A DNA stretch of 64,000 nt from a virus. Location: the IMG/VR virus record IMGVR_UViG_3300023276_000007, positions 32,001-96,000 of that record; one strand, written 5' to 3'. The notes beneath the pieces were generated by a model that made no database searches, had not been told where the DNA came from, and saw only the letters and a program-made list of their open reading frames with translations. This document shows, piece after piece, positions 20,197 to 31,284 of the stretch. Numbering within the stretch: position 1 is the stretch's first letter; the number at the start of each line of letters is the position of its first letter. A program made the translations under genes and the position numbers.

Positions 20197-20715
20197 ATGC
20201 CAGTAATATTTGGAACAGACGAGAGTAGCCCTAGAGGCTGCTTTATGGCTTTTACCTTTGACGGTGGTAACAGCAAAGGAGCATTGCTCACGTTACCAGG
20301 CGGTAACTTAATAACTAAGCAAGACCCTACTTGGCCGTTGATTGTAACATCAGTCAAAACAGAGTTTAAAGAGAACACTCAGTTCCTTAAATGTTTTAAT
20401 GACCGTATCTACACATACACCTTCGGAGGTGACGTAGGTATTATGTCTGTGAACTTTATGGGATTCATCGAAGGTGGTGTAGAGGCTGGCGGCGGTGGAG
20501 GCGGCGCAGGAGCTGGCCAAGGACCTTGGGAGATTATGATAGATGGGTATAACGAAGCCCGAGTTTCTAAGTCATTAGACTTTGCAGTCTTAACAGTAGG
20601 TAAGAAGTCTATACAAGGTCTTGTGGGATCATTAACTTCCACCACACAGTCGCCAGAGTATGGACTACAAGGTTTTGCGCTAACATTAGCATACCTGCCG
20701 GAGGCTAACCAATGA
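20197..20715 (+). CDS. Tail tube initiator/baseplate protein
   Basis: SD GGAGG before ATG20197; tube-like fold pattern (QFLKCFNDRIYTYTFGG). Confidence 0.45.
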   Translation: MPVIFGTDESSPRGCFMAFTFDGGNSKGALLTLPGGNLITKQDPTWPLIVTSVKTEFKENTQFLKCFNDRIYTYTFGGDVGIMSVNFMGFIEGGVEAGGGGGGAGAGQGPWEIMIDGYNEARVSKSLDFAVLTVGKKSIQGLVGSLTSTTQSPEYGLQGFALTLAYLPEANQ

Positions 20716-21200
20716 TAAATCATGCAAGAACACTTTTATTAAATGCACAGATACCTAACAGCGAAATATACATACCAGAAACCTATGGTGCGATAACCAT
20801 ACCGTTGTATCTACAGCGGTTCAGGCAGCAGGCGTTAGGTGATGGTGAAAACTTACAAACCCTAGAGCCTACTGTAGACTCTTGGCTAGGGTTACTACAT
20901 CAGGCAGATAGAGAATCATATGTCTTGGCTATAGATAAAAGAATTACCTATAAGCCGTTAGGACGTAAGAATATAAATAACAATAAAGTAAACCTAGCCT
21001 CTAAAATAAAAGCAACAGTGTTAAGCGCTAGCCCTTTAGCCGGCTCGGGTAAGTCAGGACTGTTCAAGTTAGTCCCAGGCTACACGAAGCAGTTAGAAGA
21101 CTTAAAAGAGATATGGGACTCCAGCACTCGTGATGAGGACAGAGCCTGTGTAGCTGTCATTGGTTATATCTATCAGTTGGAAGGAATACGTAATGGCTGA
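20712..21200 (+). CDS. Hypothetical baseplate-region protein
   Basis: ATGA-coupled ORF in the baseplate module. Confidence 0.5.
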   Translation: MINHARTLLLNAQIPNSEIYIPETYGAITIPLYLQRFRQQALGDGENLQTLEPTVDSWLGLLHQADRESYVLAIDKRITYKPLGRKNINNNKVNLASKIKATVLSASPLAGSGKSGLFKLVPGYTKQLEDLKEIWDSSTRDEDRACVAVIGYIYQLEGIRNG

Positions 21201-23061
21201 TTTTGTTGTTGAGAACCTTCAAGAAATGTATGAACTATCCTTGTCCGCCTCAGGAGACACCTCCGAGGTTACAGACGAGGCGCTAACTTATATGCGTAAC
21301 GAGGTTGGTCCATATACTAATATAGACGGCTGGTCAGTACCAGTAGTTCCTATAGCTACAGCCCGTAGCCTTTTTGCTAGTGGGTCGGCAGTACCAGGCG
21401 TGGCTGTCAACGGAAGTGCGGGAACCCCAAAGAATAGCTCGGATTCCCAGAGTGGGTCTGAGAACAATGAAGCTAGCGATGATGTGTTCCAGTTCTTTAA
21501 AGAAAGTGCGGGAGACAACATAACGGTAACTATAGATGGAGACGACTACCCAGTAGCTGCTGTAGAGATGATTGCCACGCATAACGCCATACCATACTTT
21601 GTTTTAGTTATCGATGGCAAGCCTGTCAGCGGGTCTGACACAGGCAGCATAAGAAAACCCGACCTAGCAGAGATCCAAGAGGTGCGAGCATCTTTAAGTA
21701 AGTATATCTATGACTATGAGCAGCCAGTATCCTTTAAGTTACAAGAGGGTAACCTCAACGGTGTTACCCAGACTATGGAAGTTAAGGAGTGGATAATCTC
21801 TGGAGTAGGTAGTACTCAGATGGGAGCTTCTGGTGGCTATGCTATCAGTATAACAGTTAGTCATCCACTTATCATGGCAGACGTCACCCATACGAACCTC
21901 TTCAATGCTAAGGACGTCAAAGAACCAGCTAAGATAGATGGCGGCTCTAACATTAAAGATAAAGTAGTTAAGACTCTAGAAAAATACCTAGAGACTGTAG
22001 GTAGTGACGTCTTGTCTGTAAAAGGCATAGAAAAGGCTGATTGGGAAAAGCTTAAAGGAAGAGTTAAAAGAGCGGTGTCTGCTCTAGACGATAAACTTGA
22101 ATGGAATAATAAAGGCGGAGACGACCTGCCATTCTTTAAAGGGTCAGAGATAGACCTTACAGAAAAGCTTAGTAAGTACTTCGATACTGCCATCTGGCAT
22201 GAGGTATTCAAGGCGACAGAGGGTAACCACAGTCCGTTAAACACTATAAAGGCTTTTACACAAGGACTTTACGGAGTAGGTATGGATGGTGGGTTTAATG
22301 ATAAGCCTGTAATGCTTTCTCCTGAGGTACCATGGGGATTAGCTACTGCGACTATTTATGATGATGAGATAGCTCAGATATCCTTACCAGCGATAGACGA
22401 CCTACCGCTTGCTGGTTTAGTAATACCATACCCATCTAAGAAGGATGGAGCTACTTGGGACGTAGAAGCTCCTGGCCCTGACGGAGAGAACGAAAAAAGA
22501 AAAGATTCATGCGCGTTCTATATTGACCCAGCACTAGAAGGCCAAGTAGGTGCAATACCTTATGACTCCTTGCCAGGATGGTTACTATCTTACCCAGAGT
22601 TTGCAGTACAGGACTACGATAGATTTGACCCAGCAGACAGGAAGAATTATAGCATAGAGGCTCCTATCAGTACTGGAGACACCGATGATATTGCTGAGGA
22701 CTTTGAGAAGGCTGCAAAAGTATGGGCCTTGAATAGGTTTAGAGAATACTTCGGAGTAGGCAAGACCTGCAACATAAGCACCAAGCTAAACATCGGAACT
22801 GAGTGGTCTAGCATCTATACTGGCGACAATGTAGAAGTTAAGAGTAGGCAGACAGGTAAAGCGTTATTCTACTTTAATGTTAAGGCTATTAAGCATATTG
22901 TATCACCAAGTTCTAGTAAGGCCGGAACAGAATACTATGGTACACATGTAAGGCCACCAGAAGGATACCCGTCTGCTAAGATCACAGCAGGAGATGTCTC
23001 AGGAGGTATTCCTAACCTTCTATATAATGCTATAGCTAAATTTAATGTATCTGGAGATTAA
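21193..23061 (+). CDS. Baseplate hub (gp27/gpD-like)
   Basis: Likely start MADFVV; C-terminal TGDNVEV...FYFNVKAIKHIV pattern typical of hub proteins. Confidence 0.5.
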   Translation: MADFVVENLQEMYELSLSASGDTSEVTDEALTYMRNEVGPYTNIDGWSVPVVPIATARSLFASGSAVPGVAVNGSAGTPKNSSDSQSGSENNEASDDVFQFFKESAGDNITVTIDGDDYPVAAVEMIATHNAIPYFVLVIDGKPVSGSDTGSIRKPDLAEIQEVRASLSKYIYDYEQPVSFKLQEGNLNGVTQTMEVKEWIISGVGSTQMGASGGYAISITVSHPLIMADVTHTNLFNAKDVKEPAKIDGGSNIKDKVVKTLEKYLETVGSDVLSVKGIEKADWEKLKGRVKRAVSALDDKLEWNNKGGDDLPFFKGSEIDLTEKLSKYFDTAIWHEVFKATEGNHSPLNTIKAFTQGLYGVGMDGGFNDKPVMLSPEVPWGLATATIYDDEIAQISLPAIDDLPLAGLVIPYPSKKDGATWDVEAPGPDGENEKRKDSCAFYIDPALEGQVGAIPYDSLPGWLLSYPEFAVQDYDRFDPADRKNYSIEAPISTGDTDDIAEDFEKAAKVWALNRFREYFGVGKTCNISTKLNIGTEWSSIYTGDNVEVKSRQTGKALFYFNVKAIKHIVSPSSSKAGTEYYGTHVRPPEGYPSAKITAGDVSGGIPNLLYNAIAKFNVSGD

Positions 23062-23063
23062 TA

Positions 23064-23774
23064 ATGAGTGAAGTTGATAATGCGTATGCGACATGGCTAG
23101 AAGATCCAAACCCAAGGTCAATGGCTGCAATTATAAAGGCGTTGAGTCCAGCTGTTAACTCTGAGATCCAACAGTTCAGCGGACCTAAACAATTACTAAG
23201 ACAACGTGCTAAACTACTTACAATCAAAGCAGTTAAGAACTATGACCCCACGTCTAAGGCAAAACTTAAGTCTTGGGTCGTCACTAACATGCAGCCTCTT
23301 AAGCGATATAACCGCGAACTAGGTAACGCTGTCCACGTACCCGAGCAAGCACAGCAGCAGGCAGCCCTTCTTAACAGAAGAGTTGAGGAGATCAAAGCGG
23401 AAACAGGCGAAGAGCCTAATGACGGTCAACTGGCCGACGAGATAGGAATATCTACCGATCGAGTTAAAAACCTTAGAGCTATGTCTAAAGCCGTTGTTTA
23501 TGAAGGCACGGTCAAAACAGATGCAGAGACAAACGTTTCAGACCTTGCAGTAGATAGCGGCAGGGACGGACGTATAGACGCAGCCGTCGATACTGTGTAC
23601 AATTCCTTAGACTCAAGAGACCAGATGATCTACGACCTAAAGACCGGTATAAACGCCGCTCCTGCGTTGGATAACCAAGGCGTAGCCAAGAGGTTAGGAG
23701 TGAGTCCTGGGCTGGTAAGTCAGCGTAGTGCTGATATAAGTAATAGGATACTGGAGGCAAGAGATCGTGTCTGA
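23064..23774 (+). CDS. RNA polymerase sigma-70 family factor (group 3-like)
   Basis: Region 2 AVKNYDPTSKAKLKSWV..RYNR..VHVPE; region 3 GEEPNDGQLADEIGIS; region 4 LDSRDQMIY..VAKRLGVSPGLVSQ. Confidence 0.85.
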   Translation: MSEVDNAYATWLEDPNPRSMAAIIKALSPAVNSEIQQFSGPKQLLRQRAKLLTIKAVKNYDPTSKAKLKSWVVTNMQPLKRYNRELGNAVHVPEQAQQQAALLNRRVEEIKAETGEEPNDGQLADEIGISTDRVKNLRAMSKAVVYEGTVKTDAETNVSDLAVDSGRDGRIDAAVDTVYNSLDSRDQMIYDLKTGINAAPALDNQGVAKRLGVSPGLVSQRSADISNRILEARDRV

Positions 23775-24183
23775 GATTAAGGATGTAGTAAAGTGGTTAA
23801 AGAAAGTCCATGAAGACAATGCCGACGCAGCTATGAATAAGTCTGTTAAGCGTTGGTCTACTAGTGACTACGATAGCTATTCTGCGTTACTTAACGAAGT
23901 GGCCGACTCTGATGACCTTAGTGAGAAACTTGCAAAGAGCATTACAGAAGCCATCGATGGTAGCGGCGGCAGAGACTTCGCCAAGAATAATGCACAAGAA
24001 CTGTCTCTCCAAGTTGTTAATGCTATCAAAGGATCTTTACGACGTAAGTTTGTACACGATACAGAAGATAAAGAGTTTGCCAGCATAAATTTTCAAAGGT
24101 ATGCTGTAAACGAGCGTAAGGAAGCTGTAGTTATTTTAGAAAGATTAGAAGCATGGGCTGAGCAGGCTCTCGGAGGTGGCTAA
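23767..24183 (+). CDS. Hypothetical helical protein
   Basis: Overlap-coupled ORF with GTG start. Confidence 0.5.
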   Translation: MSEIKDVVKWLKKVHEDNADAAMNKSVKRWSTSDYDSYSALLNEVADSDDLSEKLAKSITEAIDGSGGRDFAKNNAQELSLQVVNAIKGSLRRKFVHDTEDKEFASINFQRYAVNERKEAVVILERLEAWAEQALGGG

Positions 24184-24671
24184 TGCCCGTTGCTATTACG
24201 ACAGACTATAGTGGAAGAACCGTAGATCTAGAATCTTTACAGACCGCAGACGGAACTGTAGGGGTTAGGGAGCTAAGTCTTTCTGTTAGAGACAATAACC
24301 TTTCTAGGAGAATCACTGGTATCCAGAAACTTGCACAGCGGTATGCTACCTTATTCCTCACACAAAAAGGTTCTGTAGGCTTCTCAGCAGGGCAGGGTTC
24401 TGACTTTATAGAACCAGCGACGACAGGGCAGATAGCCAATGGCGCGAACTTAACACATTTTTTTAACATAGCTAACTTTCAAACAACGAGGCAGATGCGG
24501 CTAGACGACGTTGATCCAGCTTTTGGTGACACGCCTCCAGATGATGAGCGTATACAAACTGCAACCCTCATTGACTTTGAAGTCGATAAATTCCAAGGAC
24601 GAATTTACCTTAAGGTTAGATTAACAAGTTTGGCTGGAGACGATTATGTATACGTTCTCCCTGCTATTTAA
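24183..24671 (+). CDS. Baseplate wedge/sheath initiator (gp25-like)
   Basis: ITGIQKLAQR..LFLTQKGS..GSDF, PDDERI, VRLTSLAG. Confidence 0.7.
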   Translation: MPVAITTDYSGRTVDLESLQTADGTVGVRELSLSVRDNNLSRRITGIQKLAQRYATLFLTQKGSVGFSAGQGSDFIEPATTGQIANGANLTHFFNIANFQTTRQMRLDDVDPAFGDTPPDDERIQTATLIDFEVDKFQGRIYLKVRLTSLAGDDYVYVLPAI

Positions 24672-24682
24672 GGAGGCCTGAT

Positions 24683-26347
24683 ATGGCAATAGATAGAAAT
24701 TTAAGCGACGTCAATCAAGATGACTTCGATGCTGCAGAAGCTAAACTCATCGCAGCTATAAGGGAATATAACCCCTCAGTAGACTTAAGAGTAGGTACTG
24801 CCCTGCGTGATTTATTAGTGAGACAATCGTCTCTACTTAACGCTTATAATGAGAAACTTAACGAAGACCTGCGTAACAGTCAGTCTTTACTAGCGGTTAG
24901 TGAGAACCCAGACTTAGCAGATGATGATGTAATTGCTGGAATACTTTCTAACATCAATGTAGTCCGACGAGATGGATCACCTGCGTCTGGGTTGGTAATT
25001 GTTACAGTACCTAACGAAGAGCGGTTTATTGTTCCAGAGGGATACACCTTTACTACTTCAGGCGGGGTTGCGTATGCTACTACTCAAGCCTACAGAGCTA
25101 GACCCTCTGCAGTATTTACTGCCGGACTAGACGAGTTATTAATAACAGCACACACTACTGACGCACTGTTGGGGAGCTTCTATGTTATAATACCTGTAGT
25201 CGCCACCACCACAGGTTCTAACACTAATATAAGTTCTGGCATAGCCATGACAGTGACAGAAGCTCTCGTAGTAGGGCTTACCAGTCAAGAGTCATATAAC
25301 AACTTCACAGGCGGAGCTGATCAAGAGTCTATTGATGAACTCTTGGCCCGAGTACCGACAGCCCTAGGGCAGAAGTCCATGGAGTCGCAACAGTCGATAG
25401 GCTCAGTTCTTCAAGGACAATTCCCGTCTGTCAGGGAGGTATCTGCAGTAGGCTTTGGTTTCGAAGCCCAACTTAGAGACAAACATAATATCTTCGGATC
25501 TGCTATGGGTGGCAAGGTTGATATCTATGTAAGACCATCTACAGCTCCAGAGACTCTCACAATACTAGCTACGGCTACTAAAGTTTCAGATGGTGTTTAT
25601 AGCGTAACACTTACACCAGATGTTGCAGCAGGTATACAATTTATAAGATCTGTAACGTCACCAGATGTTATTACCCCGGCAACCCCTTTAACAGACCAGC
25701 TACCTGTAATCGGTTCTTACCCATTTACATTCAGCAGAGGTTCTGCCGGTATGGATAGCAGCTACCACGACTTTGACGTTAATAACCTTTCTGTAGAAAC
25801 GGCATATAGCGCCTATCAGACTGTGACTCTAGTCGTTACCGATATACCAGCCATAGTCGAAGACGGTCAGTCAGTATGGCCAGATACCTTGACTCTTAAG
25901 GTCGAAGCATACGTTGCTAAGCTTATTAGAGAGATACAGTCCTATGTAGACAGTGAAGTAGTTAGAAACTTGAAAGCCGATCATGTAGTACGTTCTTTCG
26001 TACCAGTGATGGTATCGTTAACAGCTACACTCAATGAATCCCCAGGAGAGACTCTGGACACGACTGCGATAAGACAGGCGGTTGTGGACTACATTAATTC
26101 TAAAACATTTGGAGAGATTGTCACACCATCACAGATTGATAGTGTGTTACACACCTTTCCTATCGTTACCGTTAAAAGCCTAGAGCTGTCCGCCGTGACT
26201 GTAGACGCTGCTAATAACATCATACCTATTGCAGGGCCTACTCTAGATATTAGTGATGTATCGGTTCCGGAATATTTGTTAAACGGTACGACTGCTATGT
26301 TCAGCGCGGACATACGGGATATATTCATTACCACAACGGAGTCTTAA
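24683..26347 (+). CDS. Baseplate wedge subunit (J/gp6-like)
   Basis: DLRVGTALRDLL, ASGLVIV, FTGGADQESIDELLAR, GGKVDIYV. Confidence 0.8.
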   Translation: MAIDRNLSDVNQDDFDAAEAKLIAAIREYNPSVDLRVGTALRDLLVRQSSLLNAYNEKLNEDLRNSQSLLAVSENPDLADDDVIAGILSNINVVRRDGSPASGLVIVTVPNEERFIVPEGYTFTTSGGVAYATTQAYRARPSAVFTAGLDELLITAHTTDALLGSFYVIIPVVATTTGSNTNISSGIAMTVTEALVVGLTSQESYNNFTGGADQESIDELLARVPTALGQKSMESQQSIGSVLQGQFPSVREVSAVGFGFEAQLRDKHNIFGSAMGGKVDIYVRPSTAPETLTILATATKVSDGVYSVTLTPDVAAGIQFIRSVTSPDVITPATPLTDQLPVIGSYPFTFSRGSAGMDSSYHDFDVNNLSVETAYSAYQTVTLVVTDIPAIVEDGQSVWPDTLTLKVEAYVAKLIREIQSYVDSEVVRNLKADHVVRSFVPVMVSLTATLNESPGETLDTTAIRQAVVDYINSKTFGEIVTPSQIDSVLHTFPIVTVKSLELSAVTVDAANNIIPIAGPTLDISDVSVPEYLLNGTTAMFSADIRDIFITTTES

Positions 26348-26350
26348 TAA

Positions 26351-27991
26351 ATGAAATCAGTTCCTTCAGATAATGCACAGCCTTATGGCACGACGCTGTT
26401 CAATCTCTTAGGAGATTACTGGACACGTTTGTATGCTGATTCAGAACTGTTAGCTAAGTTTAGCAATGGTAATGGATTAGCAGCTGCTCAAACCTACCTT
26501 GATTTCGTAGAGACAGTGCTATGCCTAGACAGGCAAAACATGCCAGCGTACCATAGGGAGATGTTTATACCTATCGTCATCAAGGCTTCCGAAGTTAACA
26601 CAGGCGTTGCGCTTAAGATAGGTCAGCAGCCAGTAGTAGGTATCGGACCACAACTAGACGGAGATTATACTGGCGGTGACATATTTAAGGTGGGTGGTAA
26701 CGCAGCCCTTAAGGACACACTATCTTATGTCATCAACACAAATGTTCCTTTCGACAAGGGTATCGACTCTATAAGCAATAAATTATTTAGCGCAGAAGCT
26801 ACACTTGTTTCAGGTAAAGACTTCTATGTAGAAGGTAGCGTTTTATTCATTGATAAGACTAAAGACCCGTTCAAGTCTGATAGGTATATGGTGAGAGAGG
26901 TTAGTGGTGCTAACGGCACTAAAGACTACGAGATTCTTCTGTGGGGCTCTAATGCCTTGGTAGATGATGACTTTACCCACACTCATTATGGCTACCCTCT
27001 TGGTAGGTATGATAAGGACCCAGAAATATACCGTAAGCAAATAAACGCTCTGTGGGATTTACAATTTGTAGGCTTTGACATCCAAGTGGTTAAGAGAGCC
27101 TTAGCCACCTTGATTAACGTACCAAGTATTAACGAAGACGGTGAAGTTGTTGAAACTATCGTCGGAGGTCAGGATGGTGAGAGTTACGTCGTTACAGACA
27201 AGCATTCCTACTTAGTAGAGCTTCCAGACACGATCATGCCACATATAATACCAGGAGCAGTTCTTCTTAAAGGTGACTACCTTACGGACGCACTCAAGGT
27301 TTATTGGAACCTGGATACAACTAAGTTCGTCTACCCACCAAATGACAAGATCACGTTATCAAGCTTTGTAGCAGATGTACCATCACTGCACCTACCTAAA
27401 GGCGTAGCCGGTAACTACTCTGCAGACTCCGGTATCATCGTGGATTGGGCAGACAGCCCTATAACCTATGAAGGTCTTGATGAAAATGGTAATTGGAAGA
27501 TAAGGTTTGACCTCCAAGCTAACTTTGGTAAGTCAGACATCTTCTGGCAGGAGATATGGGATAGAGCAGAGGCTAACAGCACAGACCTAGCCGAAGTATT
27601 TGCAGAGTTCATAACAGGACCTGCTGGTAATGTAGGTAGCGTTGTTGGCTCTATTAATCCATTAAAGTATTACATGGATAACTTCCTAAAAGCCAATGCC
27701 TCAATTGTTACTATAAACTTCAATTCCCTACCAAGTAGTATAACTTCTTTACGAGCATTAACGAGGTTGAAGAGTATAGTACCTGCTCATACATTACTAT
27801 TACTGATTGGAAGACTGGCTATTACTGAGCTACCTTATGACTTAAGCGATAGTAGTCAGGATGTTATAAATTATTATGATGCTTTTATTGTAGAGGATGA
27901 AGGTAACATACACGGTGCTGTTAGTAGTGACACGAACCTGACGTACAGAGACGCTAACTTAAAAACTAAATGGATAAGACGATGCAGCTAA
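26351..27991 (+). CDS. Baseplate wedge subunit (I/gp7-like)
   Basis: Follows the J-like gene; LGDYW, YGYPLG, C-terminal IVPAHT. Confidence 0.6.
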   Translation: MKSVPSDNAQPYGTTLFNLLGDYWTRLYADSELLAKFSNGNGLAAAQTYLDFVETVLCLDRQNMPAYHREMFIPIVIKASEVNTGVALKIGQQPVVGIGPQLDGDYTGGDIFKVGGNAALKDTLSYVINTNVPFDKGIDSISNKLFSAEATLVSGKDFYVEGSVLFIDKTKDPFKSDRYMVREVSGANGTKDYEILLWGSNALVDDDFTHTHYGYPLGRYDKDPEIYRKQINALWDLQFVGFDIQVVKRALATLINVPSINEDGEVVETIVGGQDGESYVVTDKHSYLVELPDTIMPHIIPGAVLLKGDYLTDALKVYWNLDTTKFVYPPNDKITLSSFVADVPSLHLPKGVAGNYSADSGIIVDWADSPITYEGLDENGNWKIRFDLQANFGKSDIFWQEIWDRAEANSTDLAEVFAEFITGPAGNVGSVVGSINPLKYYMDNFLKANASIVTINFNSLPSSITSLRALTRLKSIVPAHTLLLLIGRLAITELPYDLSDSSQDVINYYDAFIVEDEGNIHGAVSSDTNLTYRDANLKTKWIRRCS

Positions 27992-28590
27992 AGGAATCAT
28001 ACTTAGGAACTCAGGGGCGTATAAAAGCTTCATGGGTTAAGAATAAGGTCGTAGACAAAGACCCGGCCTACAATGGTAAAAACATTTTCACATTTAATGG
28101 AGCAGACGTATTAGCTAAGCTAATCGGCGGAGATACTACCTTTGTTCCAAATCAGCTAGGCTTCATCTACGGACCACAAGCCGGCGCGATGGCAAACCCT
28201 TCAGCCACTAGACAGCATACCTGGGATAGCATTGCTTCCGACGTTGCTGCCTTAGGTGGTAATATGATCCTAAGCCCTATAAGTAGCTGCCCCTCTTTCC
28301 GGGTCGACGGCGATGCTACTCGTTACAATCATAACGTAGTGACTCTCAACGCTATCAGTGACCCTACAGCTAACCTTGTGTTCTCCGGAGGCTCTTATGC
28401 AACACAGCCACCACAGAACCCCGATGATAGATTTTTTCAGGTAGTCCTTATCTCAGCCGTTAAGAAGCTTGGTTCAACTACCCCAACATACGTTCCGCTG
28501 GCCAGAGCACAGCTTGATGCAGGAACCAGTGGCTTACTGGTGCAGCAGCAGTCAGACTTGGCAGTATTTTGGGACTTAATATTTAGATAA
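27970..28590 (+). CDS. Baseplate/tail-fibre attachment protein
   Basis: GKNIFTFNGADVLAKLIGG and VFWDLIF, typical of fibre-base proteins; start may be 27982. Confidence 0.5.
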   Translation: MDKTMQLKESYLGTQGRIKASWVKNKVVDKDPAYNGKNIFTFNGADVLAKLIGGDTTFVPNQLGFIYGPQAGAMANPSATRQHTWDSIASDVAALGGNMILSPISSCPSFRVDGDATRYNHNVVTLNAISDPTANLVFSGGSYATQPPQNPDDRFFQVVLISAVKKLGSTTPTYVPLARAQLDAGTSGLLVQQQSDLAVFWDLIFR

Positions 28591-28602
28591 TGGAGTAACG
28601 AC

Positions 28603-31284
28603 ATGCCTACATTTCCAGCCGTAGATGGTTATAAAAATGAAGAAGACGTCGAAGAGGATATCCTCAATCGACCTATATTAGCCCTTAAAGAGCGCACAGA
28701 GTTCCTTAGACAACAACTAGAGAACTTAGCAGGGCAGCAGGCCTTTGAGTCTGTAAGAATAACAGACGTAGACTTAAACACTGAAGTACCTCCCGTAGTG
28801 TACGATTTTGTATTTGTAGAGCAGGGTAACACCTTCTCTAAGGCGATTGCCGCTTCGTCACAAAATTTCTTAACACCTTATCAGATGGCAGAAGATTCTG
28901 CATTTGCTGTAGGTATCCTGACCAGCATCTCTGGTGCAGGTAAAGGAACAGTTGCCTTATATGGTAAACTAGACCTGCCTTCTAATGTTGATGTTAACAC
29001 ACTTCTTGAAAGCGGCGAAAGCTTCCGACCAGGACCATATTACCTCTCGACTAGCGAAGAAGGTAAACTTACTGCTACACCGAAAGGCCCGGCAGTCTAT
29101 GTTGGCTTTATTATAGATGATACCGCAGACACCTCTATATCTGCGACTATCATGTTAGCACCTCAGTATAAAGATTTATGGCAGGCCCACTCACATTTTA
29201 AATTTGTCTTATCCGACAATGTGGCTGGCCGTCATGTACGAACAGGTGTTGACGTTGATGATGCACATGGTATCGCACCATTCCAGACAGATACTCCTAA
29301 TGACTTAGGTTGTTTCATTCTAGGTGGTTATACCGCCGATGAGTCTGGTGTAGCTCCTGTGTACACTTTGGTTCTAGAAGGTACTGACTTTGATGACATG
29401 GTTCTCAAGTGGTCTACCGATGACGGGTCTGATGACGGACTAGCAGGCCAGGCTGATCCTAAGTACGGTGCAAACACTGGGGTAAGAATTACTTCACTGT
29501 ATAGACCCGTTAGCTTTGGTAGCTTTGGTTTCCAGTTTGTGCTACATGCAGACTTAGATCCATTAAGTATGCCAGCAGTGCCGTCACAGCCGTGGGTTCC
29601 ACCTTTGACAGCTACCGCAGCAGAACGTACATGGACACTTACATTACCAGATGACGCCAAAGGTTGGCTTCCTCGTATGCACTATTCCGAAGGTGTCAGC
29701 ACTACTGGTGATCTTCCATTTGCTATCTTCGGGTACAATTACGATAACACCGCCAACGAGACAGCTCCTACATTCTCTTTAGAAGTGACTGTAGCAGGTG
29801 ATGTCGATACAGGTGGCCCTTTTCCTGATGTCGAGGTATTCGATAGTGCAGGTACTTCACTAGCTACACTCTCTGCAGTGTCAGGCAACAGCTTTATCCC
29901 AATAGCGGATGGCTTGTTCCTATATATCCCGCTATTTACCTCCGCTGGTGCCGCAGCAACGTCTGCGTTAGCTCTAGCCGAGACTTGGGACTTTTCTTTG
30001 GAAGATAGAGTGCCTCAAAGCTTATTTGAGTACGCTATCGACATGGATAAGTCTTTAACGGCCTATTACCCACCATCGCCAGTTAGTTCTGTAGTTATGG
30101 AGCTTAATGGCCTAACTATGAGCCAACGTGGTGAATTTGAGGCTGGAAAAGGCCTATATACCCCAGATGTTGCTACTTTATACTGGTTTGCCGATACTTT
30201 CGGCGGAACGCCTTGGAATAGGGATATACAGTTTGAAGTTACCCCTGACGCCCGCTTTGACGCCGATGTTGCTATTTATATGACCAAAATGGCTCTAAAT
30301 GCTGCTGGTATCGTTAATTCTATAAAAGTAGAAGAAGGTGCGCCCCTAACTATCGTTGACTGCCACACAGGACTACCTGCGTCTACAGGCGACCTTTTAA
30401 TCAAGGCTGCGTTCAACTTCTCTATCTTAGAAGGTAACTTAGGCGGATTTAAGACTGTTAAAGGTGTAGATGCGGAAGGTAACTTCCTAACTGGCCCTGT
30501 AGTTGAGAAACTAGTAGCAGGTCCTAATATCCTTATAGAAGGAGATACTTCTGCCCCTGGGCAAGGTATTGTTAGAGTTTCCGCTATCATAGAAGGTTCT
30601 AACCGAGGGCAGTTCCACGACGTAAGCCTGTTGAACGCTAAGTACGAAAGACTTAGAGACAGGTTATTCACATTCTTAAAGCTACTCGCATGGGACAGTC
30701 AGTCTGTTAACAATGTAGAGACAGGCTTTACGATGCAGTTCCGGGTTCCCGACTATTTGACCAGTAACTATAAAGTAAGCATGTACCTCACAACGTTTGG
30801 CCTAGCCGATGTTGCAGCAGGCGGTGTTAATAACGGTAGAAAGTACGCCGGCCTTAACATCAGCTATAACGTAGTTCCTGACCTTACCAACGTTAATGGT
30901 AATGGAGTCTTTGCCTTTGTAGGTAGAAACCTTGTAGATGCAGGAGCTTCCGGAATACTTACAGGAGAAGTCGATGCCGACATCGTCTTAGGTGCCGACG
31001 GCTCAGACTACACAGCATATGACCCACTTCTCGTTACAAGCGATCCATCTATCTCTCCGATACCAGGGCAGGTAGTTCTTCCTGGAGGTCTCTCACAGAT
31101 TCCTTTCCCAGGCGGAGACATAGCACATGTTACTGCTGGAGACATTGTCACAATCAAAGTGTCAAGAACTTCTCCTGTGACAAACATCGGCTCAAGCCCT
31201 GTAGCGGGAACTGATTATGAGTATACTGATGAGATCGGTTTCCTTAATCTTGACTGGAAATTAACTGACGTAGGCACTGTCTAA
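28603..31284 (+). CDS. Large tail-fibre base/baseplate appendage protein
   Basis: LNRPILALKERTEFLR N-terminus; GPYYLS..EGKLT..P domain; beta-rich. Confidence 0.55.
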   Translation: MPTFPAVDGYKNEEDVEEDILNRPILALKERTEFLRQQLENLAGQQAFESVRITDVDLNTEVPPVVYDFVFVEQGNTFSKAIAASSQNFLTPYQMAEDSAFAVGILTSISGAGKGTVALYGKLDLPSNVDVNTLLESGESFRPGPYYLSTSEEGKLTATPKGPAVYVGFIIDDTADTSISATIMLAPQYKDLWQAHSHFKFVLSDNVAGRHVRTGVDVDDAHGIAPFQTDTPNDLGCFILGGYTADESGVAPVYTLVLEGTDFDDMVLKWSTDDGSDDGLAGQADPKYGANTGVRITSLYRPVSFGSFGFQFVLHADLDPLSMPAVPSQPWVPPLTATAAERTWTLTLPDDAKGWLPRMHYSEGVSTTGDLPFAIFGYNYDNTANETAPTFSLEVTVAGDVDTGGPFPDVEVFDSAGTSLATLSAVSGNSFIPIADGLFLYIPLFTSAGAAATSALALAETWDFSLEDRVPQSLFEYAIDMDKSLTAYYPPSPVSSVVMELNGLTMSQRGEFEAGKGLYTPDVATLYWFADTFGGTPWNRDIQFEVTPDARFDADVAIYMTKMALNAAGIVNSIKVEEGAPLTIVDCHTGLPASTGDLLIKAAFNFSILEGNLGGFKTVKGVDAEGNFLTGPVVEKLVAGPNILIEGDTSAPGQGIVRVSAIIEGSNRGQFHDVSLLNAKYERLRDRLFTFLKLLAWDSQSVNNVETGFTMQFRVPDYLTSNYKVSMYLTTFGLADVAAGGVNNGRKYAGLNISYNVVPDLTNVNGNGVFAFVGRNLVDAGASGILTGEVDADIVLGADGSDYTAYDPLLVTSDPSISPIPGQVVLPGGLSQIPFPGGDIAHVTAGDIVTIKVSRTSPVTNIGSSPVAGTDYEYTDEIGFLNLDWKLTDVGTV

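Noticed and set aside
9477-31284. Contractile injection system (eCIS/T6SS/tailocin) instead of phage
   Set aside because: Capsid, protease, scaffold and neck genes are directly linked, which indicates a myovirus
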